A DNA stretch of 64,000 bases from Bacillota bacterium (GCA_051750065.1 JBNJJI010000006.1:137146-201145), one strand, 5' to 3'; shown: positions 45,437 to 55,792, numbered from the stretch's first letter. Notes: generated by a model from the sequence alone, not told the origin. Made by a program: numbers and translations.

Positions 45437-45807
45437 AATCAAGCTCCTATTCTCAAAGTATCTTTAACAATTATATACGGTAATTTCCTAAACATTATCA
45501 AGAATTAATATTAACACGGAACACAGCTGCTTTACAGTGGGAAATCACCTTTACAATCTTCCTTACCCTTGCAAGCATACAGTTATGATATAATTCACTA
45601 GTTCATTTGTTTTTTAGATGATTTTCAAAAAGTTCGGTGAAAATGACACTTCGAATTTCTTCGTTGGCTTGCTTTTTTAGTTCCCCACGTATTATTAGCA
45701 TACGGTCCGGTACTCATAGCTGCGCCGCCTGGAACTTCTTGGTCCTTTTTATCCTCCTTTTTGAACACGCACTTTAAGTAAATTTAAATTTTGAAAGGCT
45801 GTATAAG

Positions 45808-47169
45808 ATGAGACAAACTACAACCATAAAAGATAAATTCAACCAGTTTCTCATTGTTCTGGTTCCAATTCTTGTGACCCAGCTAGGCATGTTCAGCATT
45901 AGTTTCTTTGATACGATGATGTCTGGTAAATATTCGTCAGCGGATTTAGCAGGAGTAGCCATAGGTTCTTCTCTCTGGGTACCTGTTTTCACTGGTTTAA
46001 GCGGCATATTGCTTGCCATCACCCCTATTGTCGCCCAATTAGTCGGCGGCGGCAAACAGAAGGAGATAGCCTTTTCTGTCATACAAGGTATCTATGCAGC
46101 AGTTGTTCTTGCCCTCATAGTGATTCTTACCGGGTTTATCCTGCTTGATCCCATTTTGAATAATATGAACCTTGAGGAAGACGTCCGGGGCGTAGCCAGA
46201 CAATATCTGGTTGCCTTAGCATTTGGTGTTGTTCCAGTGTTTATTTATAATGTTCTGCGGTCATTTATTGATGCTTTGGGCATGACAAGGGTAACGATGT
46301 ATGTGACTCTTACTTCATTACCGATTAATATCTTCTTTAATTATGTTTTGATTTTTGGTAAATGGGGCTTTCCCGAACTGGGTGGTGTAGGAGCAGGTGT
46401 TGCTTCTTCCATAACTTACTGGCTGATTACCTTTTTTGCCTGGGCGGTCATTGCACGATATTATCCTCTGAGAAGGTTTAACATTTTTGGAAAGTGGTTT
46501 GCCGTGTCATTGTTTAAATGGAAGGAAATTCTTGTTATCGGTGTTCCAATCGGCCTTTCAATCTTCTTTGAAGTTAGTATTTTTTCAGCTGTCACATTGT
46601 TTATGAGTGAATACAGTACAAATGTCATAGCAGCGCATACAGCTGCAATCAATTTTGCGTCCTTTCTTTATATGATTCCCTTGAGCATTTCGATGGCCTT
46701 GACGATTGTAGTAGGATTTGAAGTAGGTGCAAAGAGGCTGCAGGATGCCAAGACCTACAGCTTGATGGGGATCTCCACTGCAATTATTCTGGCGGTTTTT
46801 TACGGAATCATATTGCTGTTATTCAGAGAGCCCGTATCCATCCTCTATACAGACAATCCAGAAGTCAGCGCGCTTATTGTTAACTTCCTGTTGTATGCTG
46901 TGCTCTTTCAGCTTTCCGATGCGATTCAGGCCCCTGTCCAAGGAGCTCTTCGCGGGTATAAAGATGTCAATATCACCTTTATCATGGCCTTGATTTCCTA
47001 TTGGGTCATCGGTCTGCCCCTTGGTTACATCTTGGCAAAATTCACTGACTTCGGGCCTTATGGATTCTGGATAGGCTTAATTTTCGGTTTAACTGCTGGC
47101 GCTATCACACTCTCCTGGCGATTGGTGGTTGTTCAGAAGAAAACGAGAATGAAGATAAAAGCCAGTTAA
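45808..47169 (+). CDS. MATE-family multidrug efflux transporter
   Basis: 453 aa with 12 TMs and a NorM-like sequence. Confidence 0.92.
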   Translation: MRQTTTIKDKFNQFLIVLVPILVTQLGMFSISFFDTMMSGKYSSADLAGVAIGSSLWVPVFTGLSGILLAITPIVAQLVGGGKQKEIAFSVIQGIYAAVVLALIVILTGFILLDPILNNMNLEEDVRGVARQYLVALAFGVVPVFIYNVLRSFIDALGMTRVTMYVTLTSLPINIFFNYVLIFGKWGFPELGGVGAGVASSITYWLITFFAWAVIARYYPLRRFNIFGKWFAVSLFKWKEILVIGVPIGLSIFFEVSIFSAVTLFMSEYSTNVIAAHTAAINFASFLYMIPLSISMALTIVVGFEVGAKRLQDAKTYSLMGISTAIILAVFYGIILLLFREPVSILYTDNPEVSALIVNFLLYAVLFQLSDAIQAPVQGALRGYKDVNITFIMALISYWVIGLPLGYILAKFTDFGPYGFWIGLIFGLTAGAITLSWRLVVVQKKTRMKIKAS

Positions 47170-47228
47170 TAACAATGACAAATAGAGTAGTAACTACTAC
47201 GTAAATTTAACGTTACGAAATAATAAAG

Positions 47229-47266
47229 AACAGAGGGCGAAATCACTTAAGATTTCGCCCTCTGTT
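47229..47266. terminator. Bidirectional terminator hairpin (GGACGAAATC family, copy 4, variant GGGCGAAATC)
   Basis: 16-bp stem aacagagggcgaaatc/gatttcgccctctgtt between convergent genes. Confidence 0.75.
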
Positions 47267-47377
47267 TTTCATACTATGTCACATTCTTATTACGTAAATC
47301 TGCTCTTTTATGAACGGCCGAATGAGATTTATTGAAGTAACCTTCTAGTAAACTCAGCTCTTTCCGAATCTTCTCTG

Positions 47378-47893
47378 TTACTCCTCGTTCAGTATTTTAT
47401 CAAACGTATAGAAAGGATTATCCTTTCCCATGAATTGGATTTCTCCAGTCTGCTTATATCCATGTTTCTTGAACAAAGATTGTGCTTTTTCATTTAAAGA
47501 ATAGGTATCAGTCCGTATGTAATTAATCTGGTTTGATTTTGCCACCTTTTCTACATGCTTCAGCAAGAGAGAGGCAATTCCTTTACCTCTTACATCAGGA
47601 TCAACTACGAGACGATGAAATAAACAGGCAGGAACTTCTCTTCGCCAATCTGAAGTGCTGTACTCTTCTGGCTCCATTCGATCAATTGTAATGCTTCCGG
47701 ATACCCTATTTTCTCCGTCAACTGCAACATATAAGGACTCATTTTCAGCATCCTTCGTGAAATCCCCTTCTAAAGGATACTCATCAGTCCACTGATCAAT
47801 ATCCTCACTCTTCATGATATCAACAGTTTTCTTTACCATTTTCATTATATCTTTAACATCTTCCCTGTTTCCTTTTCGAATTGAATAAGCCAA
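47378..47893 (-). CDS. GNAT-family N-acetyltransferase
   Basis: 171 aa, motif A RGKGIASLLL. Confidence 0.88.
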   Translation of the reverse strand: MAYSIRKGNREDVKDIMKMVKKTVDIMKSEDIDQWTDEYPLEGDFTKDAENESLYVAVDGENRVSGSITIDRMEPEEYSTSDWRREVPACLFHRLVVDPDVRGKGIASLLLKHVEKVAKSNQINYIRTDTYSLNEKAQSLFKKHGYKQTGEIQFMGKDNPFYTFDKILNEE

Positions 47894-48390
47894 TGATGAA
47901 TCTCTCCTTCTTTACCGACTTTGCAAAAAACTTTAACAAAGCCGCTGTCTGTTTTTTGAAGTTACCATTAAAAATCATAAATTTCAACTTGGCTGTTTTT
48001 TGTGAACAGGGCTATTATATTTTTGTAAAAATGATGGTTTTACTTTTTAAAAATATGTTTTCCCGCTCTTATCAACCTTCTTATGAATACTATTACCTTC
48101 CAGGTAGTCTTCCCTTTTAATGTCTAAGTATTATATGAAATAAGTGAGTCCAGAGCTAAAGCTGGTTGCCGATAGCTCCTCCCCCATCATATAAGTTCGG
48201 TAGAGGAAGCTCTCAATCCTATTGGCCGGAAAATGATCTACGTACTACTGTTAATTCTTCTCCTGAAACTTTTGTGATTTCAACTCAAGGTGGTACTCAC
48301 CCGTGCTTAATATCAAGATACCAAGTCGAAATATTATTTGAACATTTTTAGCATTGGTATTTTTCAATTCTACTCTATAGCAAACTCACT

Positions 48391-48419
48391 AAAAAAAGAA
48401 AGCCCTATTACAGGCTTTC
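48391..48419 (-). terminator. Intrinsic terminator of the CAP-domain gene
   Basis: Stem gaaagcc/ggctttc with a T-run on the minus strand. Confidence 0.6.
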
Positions 48420-48434
48420 CTCCACATATCCCTA

Positions 48435-49187
48435 TTATTTTCCGATAAACATCTGCGTCCAGTAGTTGCCGTTTGCATCATGACCAACACCAATGTGGGT
48501 GAAGTTGCTGCTGAGGATATTCTTGCGATGTCCGTCACTGTTCATCCAAGCTTTCACTACCTCTTCAGCTGTTCCTTGTCCCATTGCAATATTTTCTCCA
48601 GCTGCACGATAATCAATGTCAAAGCTATTCATCATGTCAAATGGAGAACCGTATGTTGGGCTTGTATGAGAAAAATAATTCTTCGTCTGCATGTCGTTCG
48701 ATTTTTCTCGTGCTACATTGCTTAACTCGGAATCAATGTACAAAGCAGGAAGTCCTGCTTTAGCTCTTTCGTTGTTTGTCAATTCCACTACCTGTTTCTC
48801 AAACTGGCTGAGTGTTTCATTCTCAGCTTCCGTCGTTTGCTTAGGTTGTTCTGTTTGCTGCTGTGGTGCAGCAGGAACAGTGCTTTCCGGTGCTGCTTCT
48901 TTAGCGACTGGTGTCTCAACAGGTTCTGATTTCTTTTCTTTAGCTGGCTGTTCATTAACGGGTTTGTTTAGTTGTTGATGATTACTCCATTGCACATTAT
49001 ATTTTGTCATAATTTCCTGAATCCACTTATTAAGCTCATCACGGTTTCCAGAGTATTGATAGTTGTACACCTTTTCTTGAGTTTGAATGTGATTTCCGCC
49101 CGCTGCCTCCGCGTTATTTAAGAACGGCGAGGTCATTAGTGTAAAAGCGGTTGCTGTTGAGACAATCATATTCTTCTTCATATTCAT
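48435..49187 (-). CDS. Secreted CAP/SCP-domain protein (YkwD-like)
   Basis: Signal peptide, Pro/Glu/Gln-rich linker and a C-terminal CAP domain (GENIAMG...SDGHRKNIL). Start at ATG 49187 behind GGAGG. Confidence 0.88.
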   Translation of the reverse strand: MNMKKNMIVSTATAFTLMTSPFLNNAEAAGGNHIQTQEKVYNYQYSGNRDELNKWIQEIMTKYNVQWSNHQQLNKPVNEQPAKEKKSEPVETPVAKEAAPESTVPAAPQQQTEQPKQTTEAENETLSQFEKQVVELTNNERAKAGLPALYIDSELSNVAREKSNDMQTKNYFSHTSPTYGSPFDMMNSFDIDYRAAGENIAMGQGTAEEVVKAWMNSDGHRKNILSSNFTHIGVGHDANGNYWTQMFIGK

Positions 49188-49474
49188 GATGTTCCTCCTC
49201 TGAGATGTAGTAGCTGTGCTGCACAACCATCATATCACCGGGGTTTTTGTCATAATTTTGGTTATTACTGTAAACCAGACTTCAAATTCCATTAATTCTC
49301 AGCTAGCATGGATGAAACTCTTTCTGTTATTGAACTTTTATGTATACCCTTAATGTTACTTGTAAGTGAAATAAAGGTGAAATTGCAGATATATACCAAG
49401 TATAAGGTGTTGACAGACTTTTGAAACTATATGGTTTATATCAAATGTATCAGTAGGTTTTTATTCGTTAAGTT

Positions 49475-49753
49475 TTAGAGATTTGATCGCATTACACCCA
49501 GCTCAGAAGTGTAATAATCAATTAACTTATACTTTTCGGCAACATTCAGTTCTGACTCTGTTATTCTTTTTATCGCAAAGTAAAACTTTGTTTCTTTATT
49601 CTTCCGGACTCTTGGATGACTGGTTTCATCCTTCAATTCCCTGGCTACTGCTTCTTTTAGGATAACAGCCGAAACCTTTTCTTCTGATTTAAGATCTCGG
49701 CTGTTCCATATTCTTTTGTACAAGCTCAGCAGTTCTTCATAATTGGGTTCCAT
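49475..49753 (-). CDS. Hypothetical 92-aa protein
   Basis: Start at ATG 49753 behind AAGGGGAG. No family recognised. Confidence 0.65.
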   Translation of the reverse strand: MEPNYEELLSLYKRIWNSRDLKSEEKVSAVILKEAVARELKDETSHPRVRKNKETKFYFAIKRITESELNVAEKYKLIDYYTSELGVMRSNL

Positions 49754-49839
49754 CTTTTTCTCCCCTTCTATATTGTATACATATTTTTCGTTACTTCTTC
49801 TCATACTACTATTAATCAAGAAAGGATGGTGGCATTTCG

Positions 49840-50079
49840 ATGAATACTCCATACCGTTGTCCGAATTGCAAGACCAACCGGTCACGTTTCAATATTATAC
49901 AACAGGTACCGCAGAGTGTGAAACTAGATCCTGCATCTGGAGAAGTGGTTCAGCAGTACGATAATAGTACCCTCGACCCATTTCATATACCATATAAAGG
50001 ACCGGAATATAAAGTACAATGCGGAGCTTGCGGCCTTGTTGAAGACGAAAGAACATTCAAGAAATTTGGTGAAAGCTAA
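49840..50079 (+). CDS. Zinc-ribbon protein, 79 aa
   Basis: CPNC...CGAC cysteine pairs. Divergent from the previous gene. Confidence 0.7.
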   Translation: MNTPYRCPNCKTNRSRFNIIQQVPQSVKLDPASGEVVQQYDNSTLDPFHIPYKGPEYKVQCGACGLVEDERTFKKFGES

Positions 50080-50100
50080 TTCATTTAGCTTTCTTTTTTT

Positions 50101-50306
50101 TGGGGCGCTTGAACTAGAGGGCCCGCTATTTCTGCAGGAAGCCGTGCACCTGCAGCGAATATACCCTACGTAAAAAGAGAGTTCTCTCTAGGCAGGCTAT
50201 TAAGAAAACCTATTTCATTTGGTTTATCCTCAGGGTTGATTGGAGTTGCACAACTCGAAAGGAAGTCAACAGAATCAATAAAAAAACAACATTTTTTAAC
50301 AGAGCC
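50101..50306. mobile_element. Diverged MITE-family copy
   Basis: GC-rich left part; the segment ccctacgtaaaaagagagttctctctaggcaggctattaagaaa aligns with 62480-62520. Right TIR is caacattttttaacagagcc. Confidence 0.5.
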
Positions 50307-50512
50307 TTTTATTTAACACCTCGTGGGCAGCAGCACTTTTTCAAATAATCCACTATACAATTCTTCTGCCTTCCTAAAGTGGAGCAGCTTTTAACCACAA
50401 CGTTACCTCATCACTTTTTAAAAAGGGCTGTTGTTCATGGGCACACACAGTGTCTTTACCGGGTGAAATGCATATGTTAATAGCATGAAATCCAAAAAAG
50501 GAGGACCTTATT

Positions 50513-50728
50513 ATGAGTGATGGTTCTAAAAAACAGCCGAAAGCAATCCCCTCAACTGTTGTTGACTTACTGGTTAGTGATATTTTCAGAAAGAATGGTG
50601 TAAAAGAAGATGAAGTGAAAGGAAAGCTATCTGACGAACAAAAAAAGTGGATCAAAGAGATGGTTCAAGATCTAAGCGGGCAAGTCGATTCTTTTGTTAA
50701 TTCTAATGAAAAAGACAAGAAAGAATAA
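50513..50728 (+). CDS. Small hydrophilic protein, possibly spore-coat associated (CotW-like by recollection)
   Basis: 71 aa with an AGGAGG RBS, located immediately upstream of the CotV/X-like genes. Confidence 0.6.
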   Translation: MSDGSKKQPKAIPSTVVDLLVSDIFRKNGVKEDEVKGKLSDEQKKWIKEMVQDLSGQVDSFVNSNEKDKKE

Positions 50729-50898
50729 TAGTTCAATAGTGCAAGTTCGCCTTTATAGCGGGCGACTTTTTATTTTGTGGAGAACAAACCAACAAAGTCA
50801 AGCCAGAAAATAGGTACTTCATATAGGGAATTAGCACACTCACGCAGGACAAGAGAATAATAGTATATACCATACCAATAAAAAGGAGTGTTAATTTG

Positions 50899-51381
50899 AT
50901 GAACAAAAATTACAGCTATAATAACAGCTATTGCCATGGAGATCATGAATATGAAAGCCATGGAGACAGTTATGGTTATCAGGATAAATGTCAAGGTAAA
51001 GATGATGATTATGTCGTCCTACAAGACGGTACTCAAGTTTCATTGAATGACCAGGAATCAGATGAATTGATATGGATTAGAAACTCTTGCAATGTATCAG
51101 TTCAGACCACAGATACTCAAGCAGCTGTTTCTCTTCAAGTCGGCCTGCAGCTGGCTATTGCTCTGGTTGTGAGCATTACAGTCGGCGATTCTGATAAAGG
51201 GAAAGCAGTTGCTCAAGAAATCTTCCAAAAATTCGATGCTGAGCAAACAAACTATCAAAAAATCTATATCGATAACTCTAAAGATGTCAATGTAACAACA
51301 ACTGACACTGACTTGGCTGTTAATATCCAAGCATTGCTTCAAGTTCTGGTTGCATTGGTAGTAAAACTGGATATTCTATAA
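50899..51381 (+). CDS. Spore coat protein, CotV/CotX (Coat_X domain) family
   Basis: Duplicated Coat_X repeats: VSVQTTDTQAAVSLQVGLQLAIAL and VNVTTTDTDLAVNIQALLQVLVAL. Confidence 0.85.
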   Translation: MNKNYSYNNSYCHGDHEYESHGDSYGYQDKCQGKDDDYVVLQDGTQVSLNDQESDELIWIRNSCNVSVQTTDTQAAVSLQVGLQLAIALVVSITVGDSDKGKAVAQEIFQKFDAEQTNYQKIYIDNSKDVNVTTTDTDLAVNIQALLQVLVALVVKLDIL

Positions 51382-51404
51382 AAAATTTAAAGAGGTGAAT
51401 GAAA

Positions 51405-51833
51405 ATGGAAGAAAAAAAATGGAGAGCTTTAGATCATCATTGTGATGATAAAGGCAGCGGAGCAGATGCACAACAGGAAGCGGACCAATACGTTAAGAGT
51501 GAACAAAAATCATACGAGTGGATCATCATTAAAGACTCAGAAGGTGTAGATGTTCAGACTACAGACACCCAGGCTGCTGTTTCTCTTCAATTGGGAATTC
51601 AAGCTGCGATTGCTGCAGTAATCAGCATCACAATTGGTGACTCTGATCAAGGGAAAGCTGTAGCCCAGGATATTAAACAATTTATCAAAACCAGACAGAG
51701 CAATAAGCAAAAGACCATCATCGAAAATTCTAAGAAGGTAACTGTAGTGACAACTGACACTGATTTAGCTGTAAACATTCAAGCTCTGCTTCAAATCCTT
51801 GTAGCTATCGTCGTAAAACTGGACGTACTTTAA
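51405..51833 (+). CDS. Spore coat protein, CotV/CotX (Coat_X domain) family, paralog
   Basis: Same two Coat_X repeats. Start at ATG 51405, 8 nt after AAGAGGTG. Confidence 0.85.
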   Translation: MEEKKWRALDHHCDDKGSGADAQQEADQYVKSEQKSYEWIIIKDSEGVDVQTTDTQAAVSLQLGIQAAIAAVISITIGDSDQGKAVAQDIKQFIKTRQSNKQKTIIENSKKVTVVTTDTDLAVNIQALLQILVAIVVKLDVL

Positions 51834-51855
51834 TCGAAAAGGAGGAGCAATCTTC

Positions 51856-52071
51856 ATGGCTAACGATAACAATGAGCTTGTCAAACAGCTGCAGGAAATG
51901 AATAAGGGACTATTGAACAATCTCATGTCACAGCAGCAAAGAAAGAAGAGCCAGCGAAAACTGCAGGAAGATTTCAAAAATAATCAGGCCTCAGTAAACG
52001 AATCCTTGAAAAGCCAATTCAACCTCTCGGATACACCTGATTTAAACAGCTTGCTCGATAAATTAAAGTAA
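51856..52071 (+). CDS. Small helical Gln/Lys-rich protein, probable coat-cluster member
   Basis: 71 aa with a GGAGGAG RBS, tightly following the Coat_X genes. Confidence 0.6.
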   Translation: MANDNNELVKQLQEMNKGLLNNLMSQQQRKKSQRKLQEDFKNNQASVNESLKSQFNLSDTPDLNSLLDKLK

Positions 52072-52203
52072 AAAAATGAGCCTTGCTTTTCAGCCTAATT
52101 GCGAGCTTCCTAGCTGGCGTTCTATATTCTAGAGAATTCACACTAGCTGCCCCACCTAAAAACAGTACTCTCTTGCAATCTAGAAGAAAAGCAAAAGGAG
52201 CAC

Positions 52204-52241
52204 AAAGAGAGGACGAAATCGCATAGGATTTCGTCCTCTTT
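52204..52241. terminator. Bidirectional terminator hairpin (GGACGAAATC family, copy 5)
   Basis: Stem aaagagaggacgaaatc/gatttcgtcctcttt between convergent genes. Confidence 0.75.
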
Positions 52242-52288
52242 TGTTGTCTGATTTAGTTAGATGTTGAGGTGCACCTGATTTTATAAAA

Positions 52289-52366
52289 GGGCTGTTTTCG
52301 CAAATGATTTTGTTATTTAAAAAGCAGGTGATTTCCGCTACAATCAACCCATCTTTAGAAAAGAAC
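52289..52366. mobile_element. 78-bp mini-MITE (two TIRs plus a short core remnant)
   Basis: gggctgttttcgcaaatgatt...gatttccgctacaatc...atctttagaaaagaac. Flanked by TTATAAAA and TTATAATT (6/8). Confidence 0.6.
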
Positions 52367-52523
52367 TTATAATTACATAAGATATTATGTTATTAATTAT
52401 TTTACGTTTATTACCACAGTCAGCGCTTTATAATTCTTCATTCTCTTCAAATTATCTCGTCTTTACCGCTTTGCATGTGACTGTTAATTATCATCCCATT
52501 AAAACCCAACGATCTTTACGTTT

Positions 52524-54152
52524 CTATGTTCTCACTGATTGAGATTTTTGCTTTGTCCTTTCCTTGTTCACCGGCTCTTCTTTGTTGGTCATCCGTAAAG
52601 GAATTTCCTTCAAGAAAAAAGTAAGCAGAAATCCGGCAAAGAGGACAAAAGCTCCGATCAAGAAAACATTCGTTAGAGAATGACTTAAGGACTCTCTGAC
52701 AATATCCATCATTTCAGTAAAAACTGACTTTGTTTCATTTGGCAAGGAGGCTTCTATTTCCTGCAGCTTCTCCCCGTCCATCAAACTTTGAGGATTCTGC
52801 AATGATTGCATTTTTGCCAAAGCTTCCGGCGGCAGTGCTTCCAAGTTGGAATTTTCCTGCAAATTAGAAAGCTCTTGATTCATCTTCGAGGACATCGAAT
52901 TATTCATTACAGTTCCCATAACGGCTACGCCAACTGTTCCACCTATCTGCCTGAACAACTGTGTTGCTGCTGTGGCAACTCCCAAGTATTGGTGCTGTAC
53001 AGCATTTTGGACGGTTAAGGTGAAAACAGGAAAGCTGAGGCCCAGGCCTAATCCCACTATAATCATATTAATTACAGCTGTTGTATTTGTTGTTTCTGTA
53101 CCCATCATCGAAAGTGAAGCAAGACCGCTTCCCATTACAAAAAGACCAAGCAGTGCAATTAGTTTGTATTTTCCCGTTTTGGTTATGAGCTGCCCTCCAA
53201 TTGCAGAAGCAAATACCATACTCAGTGTCATGGGCATCATGACGAATCCTGACTTTGTTGCCGAAGTTTCCATAACTCCCTGGATAAAGAAAGGCATATA
53301 CATAATCGCACCGAACATTCCCGCACCGAGAATGAATCCAACTGCATTCGAAAGGGTGAAAATACTGTTCTTGAACAAATGAAGAGGAAGCACAGGATTT
53401 GCAGCACGCTTTTCTGTCACAATAAAAAAGATCAGCGCGATAACCGTTACAGCAAACAAGCCAATAATCTGAAAGGATGCCCAGTCAAATTCATTCCCTC
53501 CCCAGGTGAAAGCCAATAATAACGGAATAATCGTAAGAGACAATAAAATGGATCCAAGATAATCCACTTTCCTTCTTTCCTTAATCGGTTGTGAAGGAAA
53601 CAAACGCCAGATCATCAAAAAGGCGACCAATCCAAAAGGAAGAAACACCCAAAAGACCCAGTGCCATTCTGCATTATCCACTATCCATCCGCCAAGGGTC
53701 GGACCAAACACACTAGCCAGGCCAAAAGTTCCCGTCATCAGTCCCTGCCATCTTCCCCTCTCCCTCGGTGCAAATAAATCACCCACAGCCGTAAAAGAAG
53801 TCGAAATGATCATACCAGCACCAAATCCCTGGATTCCCCGGAATGCGATTAATTCTATTATGGATGATGACATTCCATTTAAAAACGACCCTGCAGTAAA
53901 AATCCCGATACCAATCAAGATGAATGGCTTTCGCCCATACATATCAGACAGTTTTCCAACAAGTATCGCAGTAACAGAGGAGGTCAGCATGAAAATAGTA
54001 AAGACCCAGCTGTAATATTCAATTCCGCCTAAGTCGGAAATAATCGTGGGAAGAGCAGTCCCCACAATTGTTTGATTTAAAGCCGCAAACAGCATTGCAG
54101 ACATGATGGCCAACATGATCAATACTTTCTTCTTCGGATCTAAATGTTCCAT
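52524..54152 (-). CDS. MFS drug:H+ antiporter, DHA2 (14-TMS, EmrB/QacA-like)
   Basis: 542 aa with 14 predicted TMs and motif GKLSDMYGRKP. Confidence 0.92.
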   Translation of the reverse strand: MEHLDPKKKVLIMLAIMSAMLFAALNQTIVGTALPTIISDLGGIEYYSWVFTIFMLTSSVTAILVGKLSDMYGRKPFILIGIGIFTAGSFLNGMSSSIIELIAFRGIQGFGAGMIISTSFTAVGDLFAPRERGRWQGLMTGTFGLASVFGPTLGGWIVDNAEWHWVFWVFLPFGLVAFLMIWRLFPSQPIKERRKVDYLGSILLSLTIIPLLLAFTWGGNEFDWASFQIIGLFAVTVIALIFFIVTEKRAANPVLPLHLFKNSIFTLSNAVGFILGAGMFGAIMYMPFFIQGVMETSATKSGFVMMPMTLSMVFASAIGGQLITKTGKYKLIALLGLFVMGSGLASLSMMGTETTNTTAVINMIIVGLGLGLSFPVFTLTVQNAVQHQYLGVATAATQLFRQIGGTVGVAVMGTVMNNSMSSKMNQELSNLQENSNLEALPPEALAKMQSLQNPQSLMDGEKLQEIEASLPNETKSVFTEMMDIVRESLSHSLTNVFLIGAFVLFAGFLLTFFLKEIPLRMTNKEEPVNKERTKQKSQSVRT

Positions 54153-54263
54153 ATTGTGCCCCCCATATATTATTTGTCATATAAATATTTAACTTCATGA
54201 ACCTTTTTCATAAGGAAAAGGGTAACTTTCCAAAAGAGAAAGTTAGCCCTCATCATCCTGTTA

Positions 54264-54680
54264 TTATTTTGTTTTATATAATTTATTAAATAAGTATAGC
54301 AGCTGTTGAATTTCTTCCTGAGAAAAAGTATTGAACTTTTCTTGAAAGTACTCCACTTTGATTTGCAGGCACTTCTTCAAAATTGCCCTGCCATTGTCTG
54401 TTAGGACGAGTTCTACAACACGCCGGTCAGTCGTTGATCTTTGCCGGGTTATATACCCCTTCTCAGAGAGGTTATCTGTTACGCTCGTTATGTGGCTTGC
54501 GGAAACATCCATCTTTTTAGACAAATCAGATGCTTTCATTTCACCATGTTCCGAAAGGTATTTCAAAACGAGAAGCTCTCCACTTGATAAGTACTGGCCA
54601 TACAATCTTGTGATATCCTGCTTCATCATCCGAAAGACGTTACGGAATAATTCTTCTAGTTGAAACATTTCACTATTCAA
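54264..54680 (-). CDS. MarR-family transcriptional regulator
   Basis: 138-aa wHTH. Upstream of, and co-oriented with, the MFS gene. TTG start. Confidence 0.88.
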   Translation of the reverse strand: MNSEMFQLEELFRNVFRMMKQDITRLYGQYLSSGELLVLKYLSEHGEMKASDLSKKMDVSASHITSVTDNLSEKGYITRQRSTTDRRVVELVLTDNGRAILKKCLQIKVEYFQEKFNTFSQEEIQQLLYLFNKLYKTK

Positions 54681-54754
54681 TAATATCTTACACCTTTCAG
54701 GAAGAAAAGTAGTTCAGTTAGTTAACTAAATTCTAAGTTAAATTATTCTTCCGG

Positions 54755-55684
54755 TCAACTATTATGTGTTTTCTCCATATCTTTTAATTCATCTCTTATC
54801 TTTGCTTCATCCAGACTTTCTCCAATAATGACAAGTGTTTTTGGGAGATTCATGTTTTCAGGCAGCAGGACGGGCATTCCATAAGAGTATTGAAACATAA
54901 AGGGATAACTTCTTCCGGTAAACGGAATATAACCTTTCATTCTATAAATGGAATCAGGGAGTTTTCGAAGCCAATTCTCAAAATCTGTTTGTGAGACGGA
55001 ACCCGTAAATTTATGTACATAAGCACGTAAGTTCAACTGGTGACCGATGGCACTCTTTTCCCTTTCTCCTGCCGAATATTGACCTTCAAGTTGAAGCAAG
55101 TTGGAGGAAGATACCTTGCTATAATTCGTCATAATTAATTTGGCGTGGGGATTTAACTGTTGAATTTCAAACAAAGCTGTTCCTTTTTCCATTTCAGATA
55201 GCAAATCTTCTTTATTGAATATCAGTAGGTGTGCATGTCTTATTTGCTCCCTCATCAACTGGAGAACTTGAGGGCTGTATGCCCCCCTTGATACCCACTG
55301 TTTTCCGTCCACCACAGTGATAATGCCTTTAAAATGGAATGAATCAGCAAACAATGGCGACATGACGGCATCCACTACTTCAACAGGATGAGCTGCACCT
55401 GTCGTTTCTATGACCAGCACATCGAACTCATTCTGAAATAGCAATTCCTGCAGCTGTGATTCCAATTTATCTTGGATAGAACAGCAGATGCATCCATCAA
55501 GTAACTCTTTAAGAGGAGTATCTTCTTCAACTTCCTGTGAATCTATTGAAACACTACCCAGCTCATTCATTAATACAGCAGGTTTTAAATTATTTTCTTT
55601 TAATGAAGAGATCAAGTTCTTCAGCAAAGTCGTTTTTCCGCTTCCTAAAAATCCGGAAAGCAGATAGACATCTTTTTTCATCAT
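54755..55684 (-). CDS. COG0523/CobW-family metallochaperone GTPase
   Basis: P-loop GFLGSGKTT and metal motif CICCS. Confidence 0.9.
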   Translation of the reverse strand: MMKKDVYLLSGFLGSGKTTLLKNLISSLKENNLKPAVLMNELGSVSIDSQEVEEDTPLKELLDGCICCSIQDKLESQLQELLFQNEFDVLVIETTGAAHPVEVVDAVMSPLFADSFHFKGIITVVDGKQWVSRGAYSPQVLQLMREQIRHAHLLIFNKEDLLSEMEKGTALFEIQQLNPHAKLIMTNYSKVSSSNLLQLEGQYSAGEREKSAIGHQLNLRAYVHKFTGSVSQTDFENWLRKLPDSIYRMKGYIPFTGRSYPFMFQYSYGMPVLLPENMNLPKTLVIIGESLDEAKIRDELKDMEKTHNS

Positions 55685-55792
55685 AATCTTCCTTTCAACA
55701 TTCGTCTTAGCTCATTTTAGTCGAATAAGACTGGTATTACAATCCACATATCCTATTTGGTATAATGAACACAGCTAAGGAGGTCGTTAGAA

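Noticed and set aside
45600-45770. Small minus-strand ORF (…MSTGPYANNTWGTKKASQRRNSKCHFHRTF) upstream of the MATE gene
   Set aside because: The strong AAAGGAGG is not followed by a usable start codon at proper spacing. The only ATG has a weak RBS, so the evidence is insufficient.
55685-55792. Zur box upstream of the COG0523 GTPase gene
   Set aside because: Only a loose GTCTTA...TAAGAC inverted repeat is present. Nothing resembles the TCGTAAT-N-ATTACGA type box I recall.
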